From: Myxococcales bacterium
Lineage (GTDB): Bacteria > Myxococcota_A > Polyangia > Polyangiales > Houyiibacteriaceae
DNA: 64,000 bases
Reading direction: 5' to 3'
NCBI GenBank assembly: GCA_024643985.1
Contig: JAHELW010000002.1
Span: 9,335-73,334, forward strand
This document shows positions 1-8,009 of the stretch, piece by piece. The translations under genes and the position numbers were made by a program. Within the stretch, counting starts at the first letter, position 1. Each line of letters starts with the position of its first letter. Under the pieces are notes generated by a model, which saw only the letters and a list, made by a program, of their open reading frames with translations, was not told where the DNA came from and did no database searches.

Positions 1-381
1 CAAGAGGGCTGCACCGGAACCACGGCCACGTACACCTTGCGTGATGACGGCGAAATCGACGTGCTCAACGAGTGCCGCAAAGACAGCCTCGACGGCCCCG
101 AAGACGTCGCCGAGGGAAGGGCGCGCGTCGTCGATCGCACCACCAACGCGAAGCTCGAGGTCTCGTTCTTCTGGCCCTTCTGGGGTGACTACTGGATCAT
201 CGACCTCGGCCCCGACTACGAGTACGCCGTCGTCGGCCACCCGAGCCGCGACTACCTCTGGATCCTGAGCCGCACTCCGACGCTGGACGACGGCACGTAC
301 GACGCGATCCTCGGCCGACTCGAAGAAAAGGAATACCCGCTCGACCGGCTCCGCAAAACCGTTCAGCCAACCGGTCCGTGA
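1..381 (+). CDS. blc: Bacterial lipocalin (Blc-like), 5' end cut by window edge
   Basis: Frame 1 is open from nt 1. The tail FWPFWGDYWIIDLGPDYEYAVVGHPSRDYLWILSRTP matches the conserved Blc lipocalin core. Stop at 379-381. Confidence 0.75.
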   Translation, partial: QEGCTGTTATYTLRDDGEIDVLNECRKDSLDGPEDVAEGRARVVDRTTNAKLEVSFFWPFWGDYWIIDLGPDYEYAVVGHPSRDYLWILSRTPTLDDGTYDAILGRLEEKEYPLDRLRKTVQPTGP

Positions 382-501
382 GAGCACCGCCCTCGACGCC
401 CCCTCCGCGGCAGCTTGCCGAGCCGATGCTCTCGGTTCACCCTCTCAATCGATGGCGTGGGCGCGACGCATGAGGCCTGGAGCCCACGTCGCACGACCGA
501 G

Positions 502-1311
502 ATGAGCGCTGCCTACGTAACGACTTTGTGTAACGGTGACGGCTACTTGCCTGGCGTCGCAGCGCTTGGGAAGTCCCTCGACGCCCACGGCGCCACGTTC
601 CCGCGCATCGTGCTGGTGACCGCCGATGTGCCCGCCAAAGCCCGCGAACGTCTGAAGAAGCTCGGCTGGCAGCTCCGCGACGTCGAGCCACTCGATAACC
701 CCCACCCCAAAAAAGCCCAGCTCTTCGAGCGGTTCCAGAGCGTGTACACGAAGCTCCGCGCGTGGCAGCTGACCGACCTCGAAAAGGTCGTGCTGCTCGA
801 CGCCGACCTCATCACGCTCCAAAACATCGATGACCTCTTCGACAGGCCGTCGATTGCGGCTGCGCCCGATTTCTTCTTGCCCGATCGGTTCAATAGCGGT
901 CTCGTCGTTCTCGAGCCCTCCGCAGAAACGTTCGAAAGCATGTTGCAGGCACTGTGGGAAACCCCGAGCTACGACGGGGGCGACCAGGGCTTCTTGAACA
1001 TCTTCTACTCGGACTGGTATTCGATGGATGTCGCTCACCGTTTGCCAGCCGGCTACAATCTCCAGAGCTTCATTTTCCAGTTTCTTCGCGGCCACCGGAG
1101 CCTGAAAGAGGCGCTCGTACGTGAGGCCAAGGTGATCCACTACTCGGTGCAAAAGCCTTGGCTCGCAAAGTCCGTGCTCACAGGCGGGTCCGAGGCGTGG
1201 TGGGATTCCTACTTCGGTGCCTATCCCGAGGAGGCGAAGGAATGGAAGCGGCGGTGGCACGCGATGGAGGATTGGACTTTCGACCACGCGGTCGCTGCCA
1301 TTCTCGGCTGA
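502..1311 (+). CDS. Glycosyltransferase family 8 (glycogenin-like)
   Basis: ATG at 502 (MSAAYVTTLCNGDGYLPG). GT8 signatures: LVTADV, LLDADLI (DxD), FNSGLVVLEP, GGDQGFLN. The stop TGA overlaps the next ATG (TGATG at 1309-1313). Confidence 0.8.
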   Translation: MSAAYVTTLCNGDGYLPGVAALGKSLDAHGATFPRIVLVTADVPAKARERLKKLGWQLRDVEPLDNPHPKKAQLFERFQSVYTKLRAWQLTDLEKVVLLDADLITLQNIDDLFDRPSIAAAPDFFLPDRFNSGLVVLEPSAETFESMLQALWETPSYDGGDQGFLNIFYSDWYSMDVAHRLPAGYNLQSFIFQFLRGHRSLKEALVREAKVIHYSVQKPWLAKSVLTGGSEAWWDSYFGAYPEEAKEWKRRWHAMEDWTFDHAVAAILG

Positions 1312-3017
1312 TGGTCGAGCCGGCGCGAGTTCGGAGCGAGATTCCTTGGTGGAAGCGCACCACCGTCTACCAGATCTACCCGCGCTCCTTTGCGGATGCT
1401 TCGGGCGACGGCATCGGGGACTTGGAAGGGATCATCGACCGGCTCGACTACGTTCAGTGGTTGGGCCTGGAGACGATCTGGTTGTCTCCCTTCTTTGCGA
1501 GCCCCCAGGCCGACTTCGGCTATGACATCAGCGACCATTTCGGGATCGCGCCCGAGTACGGGTCGATGGAGGACTGCCGCCGTCTGATCGACGAGATCCA
1601 TGCGCGCGGGATGAAAGTCGTGCTCGACATGGTGTTGAACCACACCTCGGACCAGCACCCGTGGTTCGTGGAATCCCGAAGCGCGCGCGAAAACCCCTAT
1701 CGCGACTTCTACATCTGGCGAGACGGACGGAAGCCCTATGGCGCCGCACCTCCGAACAACTGGCGCTCCATGCTCGGCGGCTCTGGCTGGCACTACGACG
1801 CGCAGACCGATCAGTGGTACTGGGCCAGCTTTCTCCCGTTTCAGCCAGATCTGAACTACCGAAACCCGGAGGTGAAGCGAGCCATGCTCGACGTGGTGCG
1901 GCATTGGCTCCGAGAAGGTGCCGATGGTCTGCGCCTCGACATTTTCAATGCGATCTACAAAGACGCGTCGTTTGTCGATAATCCGCGGTCACTGCGCGCA
2001 ATCCCCACCGAAGACAATCCCGGGGGCTTTTTCCAAAAGGCGATCTACACGCAAAATCATCCTGACACGCTCGCCTTTGCGCGCGAGCTACGTCGTGTGG
2101 TCGACGAATTCGAGGACCCCCCGCGCTTCGTCGTCGGCGAGGTATTCGGCTCGGCCGACCTCCTGCGGGAGTACTGCGGTCCTTCGGGTGAAGGTCTCAA
2201 TCTCGTCTTCTTGTTCAAGAGCCTTCGCACGCCGTTTCGCGCGCAGGCGTTTCGTGATCTCATCAGCGAGTTCGAGTCGGCGTTCCCGGAGCCGCTGCAT
2301 CCCACGTACGTGTTCGGCAATCACGACCGGCCGCGCCAAATGGAGCGGCTCGGCAACAGCATCGCACGCGCTCGGCTCCTCGCTGCTTTCCAAATGAGCG
2401 TGCGTGGCGTGCCCTTCGTCTACTACGGGGACGAGCTCGGACTTTCGCACCATCCGATGCCTCGTGAGTCGGCCCAAGATCCCATCGCCGAACGGTTTGG
2501 ATTCATCCCGAAGCTTCTCCTTCCCGTTTTGCGAAAGCGCGGCATTCTCACCAATCGGGACCAATGCCGTAGCCCGATGCCTTGGCACGGCGGACCACAC
2601 GCCGGATTCGCCTCGCCGGACGCGCCCGAGCCTTGGCTTCCGCTGCACCCCCAGAGCGCGATCATGAACGTGGCCGCCCAGCGCGAAGACCCTCGCTCCG
2701 TGCTGGCCGCCTACCGCCGGATGCTCCAGCAGCGACGTCGGAGCCTGGCGCTCTCCTCGGGCACTTTGGAGCTCACCGATCCACCTACCGATTCGCGTCG
2801 CGTCCTGGCCTATCGTCGTGTCTACGAACACGACGATGGCGCGGAAACCGCGGATGTGTTTCTCAACTTCTCGAAACGAAGCGTGTCGATCGATCTTCGG
2901 TCTCTGCCCCGGGGTACCGACCTCCCGATGTACTCGAACCTACGCGAAGCACCGGTCGTCGCGAGGGGCAGGCACGTCCTTCGCCCGTGGGAGAGTGCGG
3001 TGGTGTTTCGGAGCTAG
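1311..3017 (+). CDS. GH13 alpha-glucosidase / oligo-1,6-glucosidase family
   Basis: WWKRTTVYQIYPRSFADASGDGIGDLEGIIDRLDYVQWLGLETIWLSPFF, VVLDMVLNHTSDQHPWF, GADGLRLDI and FGNHD are classic GH13 subfamily motifs. The start is coupled to the upstream stop. Confidence 0.9.
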   Translation: MVEPARVRSEIPWWKRTTVYQIYPRSFADASGDGIGDLEGIIDRLDYVQWLGLETIWLSPFFASPQADFGYDISDHFGIAPEYGSMEDCRRLIDEIHARGMKVVLDMVLNHTSDQHPWFVESRSARENPYRDFYIWRDGRKPYGAAPPNNWRSMLGGSGWHYDAQTDQWYWASFLPFQPDLNYRNPEVKRAMLDVVRHWLREGADGLRLDIFNAIYKDASFVDNPRSLRAIPTEDNPGGFFQKAIYTQNHPDTLAFARELRRVVDEFEDPPRFVVGEVFGSADLLREYCGPSGEGLNLVFLFKSLRTPFRAQAFRDLISEFESAFPEPLHPTYVFGNHDRPRQMERLGNSIARARLLAAFQMSVRGVPFVYYGDELGLSHHPMPRESAQDPIAERFGFIPKLLLPVLRKRGILTNRDQCRSPMPWHGGPHAGFASPDAPEPWLPLHPQSAIMNVAAQREDPRSVLAAYRRMLQQRRRSLALSSGTLELTDPPTDSRRVLAYRRVYEHDDGAETADVFLNFSKRSVSIDLRSLPRGTDLPMYSNLREAPVVARGRHVLRPWESAVVFRS

Positions 3018-3021
3018 GCAG

Positions 3022-3639
3022 GTGCTCCCCCTTGGAAAATCGACGATCGCGCTGACGCTGGTGTTCGCCACGGTGTACGCGGTTCGTCCGAGCCCTTCGA
3101 CGGCCGAGGCCTCCGACACGGCCTTGGAGCGCTTCGTCGGCACTTATCGCTACGTCGGCGGCGAGGAGGAAATTCAGGCGCTCGACCGCGCCATCGAAGA
3201 TGTGGTCGCGCAGATGATTTTCTTCATCCGCGGCATCGCGCGCCGCCGTTTGCGCGCTCCAAACCTCCCGTCCAAAGAGGTCAGCGTGCTCAGTGACAAA
3301 GCGCAGATCCGCATCGTCCGTCCAGGACAACCCGAGGTGTCCGCGCCCGCAGACGGCGAGCCCATCACCTGGCGACACCCGACCGACGGCGACGTCTTTC
3401 GAGTCAGCCACGGCATCGACGAAAAGGGCGCGCTCTACCAACGCTTCGAGGGCGACCGAAGCGTCTCGCGCAACCGCTTCGTGCTCGGCAAGGACGCCAA
3501 ACGCCTGACGATTCACACGGAGATCACGGCAGATCGCTTGCCTGCGCCGCTGCGCTTCAAGATGACCTATGCACGCACGGCCGGGAGAGACGCCGACCGC
3601 TCCTTAGAAAGCCCGAACCCCAAACCCGACGAGCAGTGA
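3022..3639 (+). CDS. Hypothetical secreted protein
   Basis: A GTG at 3022 gives VLPLGKSTIALTLVFATVYA, a signal-like N-terminus. Composition looks protein-like. No family recognised. Its 3' end overlaps the convergent gene. Confidence 0.5.
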   Translation: MLPLGKSTIALTLVFATVYAVRPSPSTAEASDTALERFVGTYRYVGGEEEIQALDRAIEDVVAQMIFFIRGIARRRLRAPNLPSKEVSVLSDKAQIRIVRPGQPEVSAPADGEPITWRHPTDGDVFRVSHGIDEKGALYQRFEGDRSVSRNRFVLGKDAKRLTIHTEITADRLPAPLRFKMTYARTAGRDADRSLESPNPKPDEQ

Positions 3640-4782
3640 CACGTACTGCGAGTCGATCAGCCAGCTCACCGGAAAGCCCCAGCTGCCGCGAATGTCGAGC
3701 TGAAAGCGGCCGGTCGGCCCGAATCGGAGATCGCCAAACACCGCGAGGCCCCCTGCACCCCCGTAAGTACCGAGCGCGCCGTCCCGACCGACGTCGTTGA
3801 AGGCGCCGCCTCCGAGCAGCACCCCAAACTCGTGCGGCGAGCTTTCCTTCGCTCGGAGATGCACCCCGAGCTGTGCCGCGAAGAGCCGCTCGCTGATCAG
3901 GCCCGTCCACGGAAGCCCGGGCACCGGAATCACGTACGGACTGACGCCACCGATGCGCCGCCGCGTGATGTCATCCTGGTTCCAGCCGTAGTTGCCCCAC
4001 TGATCGAGCTGAAGGCGCACGAACCGCCCAAGCGCCCACCCCCCTCGAAGCCGCTGCGAGATGACGTAGATCACCTTGCCGGGATCGTTTCGTCCGTCGC
4101 CGACGAGGCCCCAGGGCCGCACGTCCGACCGCAGGTCGAGGCCGAGCTGGAGTCCCACCGCGATGCCCGCGATGCGCGGAAAGACGCGATGCCCCTCCCA
4201 CTCCTCGGAGGGACCGTCGATCTTCCAGTAGTTGTACCCAATGCGTGGCTCGAACACCCATGTGCTGGCGGGCAGCCCAAAGCTCGGCGACGTCGCCGAG
4301 CGATTGCCGAACCACCACCGCCGAACCGGCGCGAGGATCTCGATCGTCTGGTGTTTGCCCGGATACCACTGAAGCTTCGTATGAAGCAGCACGTAGCTCG
4401 CCTCGATGCCGAATTCGCTGATGCGCCGCCCGCGCACGAAGTAGTCGTTCAGCAGCTGCGAGATGAACGCTTCGCCTTCGACGAACGCAAAGAACGCGAG
4501 CTTGTTCTTCGCAAACGAAATCCGCTCCACCCCGACGTGCACCTTGGTCGTGTTCCAAAAAACCCGAAGGTCCCCCCCGCCGACGATCCCCCGCCCCACG
4601 GCATCGAACCCAACCCACCCGTGCCCCGTGAGCTGATTGTTGATCCCCGGCGCAAAGTTGAGCTCGCCGCCGCCAATCGCAAACCCATCCCACGTCTCAG
4701 ACTCGGCCCGCGCCTCCACGGGCGCCGCGAGGTTTAACCCCACCACCAAAGCCACCGCCGCAGCTACGCCCCAAAGCCTCAC
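3604..4782 (-). CDS. Putative outer-membrane beta-barrel protein
   Basis: Signal peptide MRLWGVAAAVALVVGLNLAAPVEA/RAE. Alternating Gly/aromatic-rich strands. C-terminal ...LLVGFGVRAF ends in Phe, as in OMPs. Confidence 0.6.
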   Translation of the reverse strand: MRLWGVAAAVALVVGLNLAAPVEARAESETWDGFAIGGGELNFAPGINNQLTGHGWVGFDAVGRGIVGGGDLRVFWNTTKVHVGVERISFAKNKLAFFAFVEGEAFISQLLNDYFVRGRRISEFGIEASYVLLHTKLQWYPGKHQTIEILAPVRRWWFGNRSATSPSFGLPASTWVFEPRIGYNYWKIDGPSEEWEGHRVFPRIAGIAVGLQLGLDLRSDVRPWGLVGDGRNDPGKVIYVISQRLRGGWALGRFVRLQLDQWGNYGWNQDDITRRRIGGVSPYVIPVPGLPWTGLISERLFAAQLGVHLRAKESSPHEFGVLLGGGAFNDVGRDGALGTYGGAGGLAVFGDLRFGPTGRFQLDIRGSWGFPVSWLIDSQYVSLLVGFGVRAF

Positions 4783-4836
4783 GCGCCGGACCCTACTTCA
4801 TCGAAGCCCCCGCGACCAACTGCCACACGCCGCGCC

Positions 4837-6531
4837 TCAGCCCGGATTCCGGCAGGCCTCGACGTCTTCTTTCGTCAGCCCCATCGCATCGGCCGCTTCT
4901 TCGAGGTCCTTGGCGGTGGCGTCGACTCTGTAGGCCTCCTGCGACGCCTTTTCGACCTCGCTGCTGACCTTGCTTCCGCCATAGCGCGAGGCACTGTTCG
5001 CGGCCGCTTTCATTACCCGGCCGAACGCGCGCTTCTTCTTCTTGGCTGCGTCAATCTTCTGCTGCAGGCAAACCTTCTGAGCTTCTTCGAGCGACTGCGC
5101 GTTCCCGCCTGAGCCCGCGCCGCCCGCCGCGTCACGCTTCGCCGCAAGAATGCCCGCGAGCTGCGGCGTCGCTTCCCCCGTCACTTCGAGCCCGTTCTCG
5201 GCCTGGAACTTCGAGATCGCCACGATGGTTGGCGTGCTCACTTTGCCATCTGCGCTTCCTGGATCGTACCCCAGCGCGATCAGGTCACGCTGAATCGACT
5301 GCACGAGCGGATCGCCGCCTGGCGCCAACGCCGTCGACCCCGCTGCACCGGCGCCTGTCGCCGCTGCGCCCGACTTCCCCGCACCGCCGCCGCCCGCACC
5401 AAAGCCCGCGCCCCCAGCAGCCGCTCCCTCGAGCCCGACGTTCACCCGAATCGCCCGAACCTCCGTCACGACTTCCATCTCGCCGCTGTCGACCATCTTT
5501 CGCAGCATCGCCATCTGCGAGCCGGCCATGCGCTCGACCTGGGCGCGCTGGTCGGGAGGCATCTCGGCGAGCTGCTTGTCGAAATCATCGAGCTGCTTGC
5601 GCGCGTCTTCCATTTGCTTTTTCTGCTCCGGGGTCAGCACGCCCTGCATGCGCACGATGTTTCGGTAGGGCATGTAGAGCTTGCTGCCGGGCACCGTTCG
5701 ATAGCTCTCATCGAGCCGCTCGATGACGATCTCGCGCGAGTTCTTTCCTTCCCTGGCCACACCCTCCATGCGCATCTTGAGCGGCACGTACTTTTGCGCG
5801 TCGATCCAAAGACTGATCGCCTGAATCTCGAGCTCCTCGCCGTTGGACTTCTCGACGATGTTCAGCTTGTCCGCGCGCGCATGAATCGCGCGCCGCTTCC
5901 CGATCGATTCCTTCCCGACGATCTTCGCCCGCTTTTTGAAGCGCGCCATGCTCTTCGCCGTCTCGTCGCTCCGCGCATCGGCTTTCGCCTCCGAAGACGC
6001 CTTCCCCGCCGCGTCGGCAAAATCGGCCATGCTCCCCATCATCGTGCTCGGGTTCGGCGAAGCCCAAGGCTCGGCCTCCGCGCCGGACCCCATCGCATCG
6101 CGCATCCCGGGCGGGAGCCCCGCTTCGTTCATCCCTTTGTCCATCTCGCCGCCAACCGCGGCACCGGATTCCCGAAGGGCCTTCGAGTACGCTTCCCACG
6201 CCTCGGGCGACATCCCTTGCCCCGCCTGCTGCCGATTCTGCATCTCCCCAAACGACACGAGCCGAAAGGTTTGCATCGGTTTCCCATCGGGCCCCCGCAT
6301 CGACGCACGCTCGTAATAGAGCGTCTGCTCGTGCCCCATCATCGTCACGTCCATCGCATAGTCGTCGACGCCCTTGGCCCGCTGGCTTTCGAGCTTGAGC
6401 ATCTTGTTGAGGACGGCTTGCGCGCTCTGCGCGTGCGCGACGTCGGCGGCACCGCCGGCGAGCACAAACGCCACCACGCAGAGGACCGAGAGGCGCATGC
6501 GCAGGCGCGCCATGTTTACGCTGCTTTTCAT
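4837..6531 (-). CDS. Secreted protein with LolA-like N-terminal region, Gly/Ala linker and peptidoglycan-binding (PG_binding_1-like) domain
   Basis: Start MKSSVNMARLRMRLSVLCVVAFVLAGGAADVAHA (ATG at 6531). PG-binding-like stretch LVQSIQRDLIALGYDPGSADGKVSTPTIVAISKFQAENGLEVTGEATPQL. The ORF part upstream of 6531 is Arg-rich shadow sequence. Confidence 0.65.
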   Translation of the reverse strand: MKSSVNMARLRMRLSVLCVVAFVLAGGAADVAHAQSAQAVLNKMLKLESQRAKGVDDYAMDVTMMGHEQTLYYERASMRGPDGKPMQTFRLVSFGEMQNRQQAGQGMSPEAWEAYSKALRESGAAVGGEMDKGMNEAGLPPGMRDAMGSGAEAEPWASPNPSTMMGSMADFADAAGKASSEAKADARSDETAKSMARFKKRAKIVGKESIGKRRAIHARADKLNIVEKSNGEELEIQAISLWIDAQKYVPLKMRMEGVAREGKNSREIVIERLDESYRTVPGSKLYMPYRNIVRMQGVLTPEQKKQMEDARKQLDDFDKQLAEMPPDQRAQVERMAGSQMAMLRKMVDSGEMEVVTEVRAIRVNVGLEGAAAGGAGFGAGGGGAGKSGAAATGAGAAGSTALAPGGDPLVQSIQRDLIALGYDPGSADGKVSTPTIVAISKFQAENGLEVTGEATPQLAGILAAKRDAAGGAGSGGNAQSLEEAQKVCLQQKIDAAKKKKRAFGRVMKAAANSASRYGGSKVSSEVEKASQEAYRVDATAKDLEEAADAMGLTKEDVEACRNPG

Positions 6532-6581
6532 GAGCGAGCCATCATACTCAGAAACCTCGTGGATGATAAGGTGCTGTCGTC

Positions 6582-6971
6582 CTACTCCGAGACGCCCTGC
6601 AGGTTCAGTTGGTAGGTAGCGTCTTCGTTCACCCAAGTCTCGTCGATGGAAACTCCGTCGGCCTCGATTGCGAGAAGCCCGAGCTCGGTGTTTCGGCGGC
6701 CGCCGAAGAAGCCGGCTATGAAGGGCTGCTGCGAAGTACCGGTTTGTGTGCACACCTCGGTGACCGGTAGACCGGAAGGCTGGAACAGCCAACTCGCGAA
6801 GAAGCTCCGGTAGATCGACCCTCCATCCAGCGTTGGGCCGACGAGAGACGGTCGAAGCTCGAAAAAGCCCGGAAACCCGATGAAGCCGGCCGACAGATCG
6901 TCTGCGCTCATCGTTCCGGAGCCCATCGCTGTACATTGGTTGTCGCCCGACTGACGGTTGATGGTGGTCAC
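6582..6971 (-). CDS. Hypothetical protein (possibly the C-terminal part of a disrupted larger gene)
   Basis: Protein-like composition. The GTG start overlaps the upstream stop (GTGA at 6968-6971). No family recognised. Confidence 0.4.
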   Translation of the reverse strand: MTTINRQSGDNQCTAMGSGTMSADDLSAGFIGFPGFFELRPSLVGPTLDGGSIYRSFFASWLFQPSGLPVTEVCTQTGTSQQPFIAGFFGGRRNTELGLLAIEADGVSIDETWVNEDATYQLNLQGVSE

Positions 6972-7558
6972 CCATGGGATGGGCTATTGCTGAAGATGAC
7001 GACCAGCTCCTCGATTCGCTCCTGCTCGTAGTCCTGACAGAACGGAATGAAAGCGACGTCGGTTACGTCGATTGGATCGGGCAGCCGCTGGCCGTCCGCC
7101 TTGACGAGCAGCTGGACATGCGCACCGTCGGCTTCCTCGGCGCTGAGCCTGTTTGCATAGAGCGTGACGTCGGCGGGCGCCGCCTCGGGCGCTCCCTCGC
7201 GAAGCTCGAACGAAAACCCGTTCGCGAACAGGATGTTGTGCGCGCTGGAGTCGGTGAGATCGAAGTGGAAATAGTGAGAGGAGAGATAGTTCACGCCCGG
7301 AACCTGCACCACCGGGTCCTCACCCTCCGGGAACTCGAGCTTCATTTCGTACTCTGACTGCGTTCCGGACACGGAGACGGACTCCAACTCGATCTCGTCG
7401 GCGACTGCGACCGTCATGCGATCCCAGATGAAATGAAGCCTGAGGGGCTCGATGTTCCAGTTGTATGCCGCGAACTTCGGCCATGCGTCGTCGAACGTGC
7501 CGCCCAGCGCGGAGGCCACCGCAGGGAGTATCGGCACGGCTTCCGCGCTCTCGAACAT
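6968..7558 (-). CDS. Hypothetical protein (possibly the middle part of a disrupted larger gene)
   Basis: ATG at 7558 with GGAG upstream. Acidic, protein-like composition. No family recognised. It is overlapped for 145 nt by the ORF that starts at 7920. Confidence 0.45.
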   Translation of the reverse strand: MFESAEAVPILPAVASALGGTFDDAWPKFAAYNWNIEPLRLHFIWDRMTVAVADEIELESVSVSGTQSEYEMKLEFPEGEDPVVQVPGVNYLSSHYFHFDLTDSSAHNILFANGFSFELREGAPEAAPADVTLYANRLSAEEADGAHVQLLVKADGQRLPDPIDVTDVAFIPFCQDYEQERIEELVVIFSNSPSHG

Positions 7559-7920
7559 GGTGCGAATGCCCCCTGCTCCCTGCTCGTGCTGCGCGACGCC
7601 GAACCCGCCTCGTTGGTTGCCGTGAGCGTGAATCTCGTGGTCTCCGTGACCGTCACCGACGTGCTGCTGCCCGTGACTTCGCCGACCTCCTGATCGATGG
7701 CCAGCGTCTCGGCGCCAGTCACATCCCAGGAAAGCGTCGCCGGGCCCCCACCACCAAGGAGACCGCGCGGCTCAGCGGCAAAGCTTTCGATCAACGGAGT
7801 GCCGTCGGGGTTCGTGCCCCCGTCGGGATTCGCGCCGCCGCTACCGCCTCCGCCCGTGGGGGAGTTGCTCGAGCACGCAATCAGCATGGTCATCGCGGTT
7901 CCGAGGATCGGTGTGCGCAT
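7414..7920 (-). CDS. Lipoprotein with Gly-rich linker and Ig-like domain; 3' part probably out of frame (possible frameshift)
   Basis: MRTPILGTAMTMLIAC lipobox (ATG at 7920), GGGGSGG linker, and an Ig-like stretch PATLSWDVTGAETLAIDQEVGEVTGSSTSVTVTETTRFTLTATNEAG. After about 7585 the frame becomes Arg/Cys/Pro-rich junk while another frame becomes coding. Confidence 0.5.
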   Translation of the reverse strand: MRTPILGTAMTMLIACSSNSPTGGGGSGGANPDGGTNPDGTPLIESFAAEPRGLLGGGGPATLSWDVTGAETLAIDQEVGEVTGSSTSVTVTETTRFTLTATNEAGSASRSTSREQGAFAPCSRARKPCRYSLRWPPRWAARSTTHGRSSRHTTGTSSPSGFISSGIA

Positions 7921-8009
7921 CCAAGATCGGCGCCAAGCATATCGGGATTGGAGTCGAGGGCTCATCGAGAGACCGTAGGAATCAGGCGATTTCGTCACGA
8001 GGGCCACCG

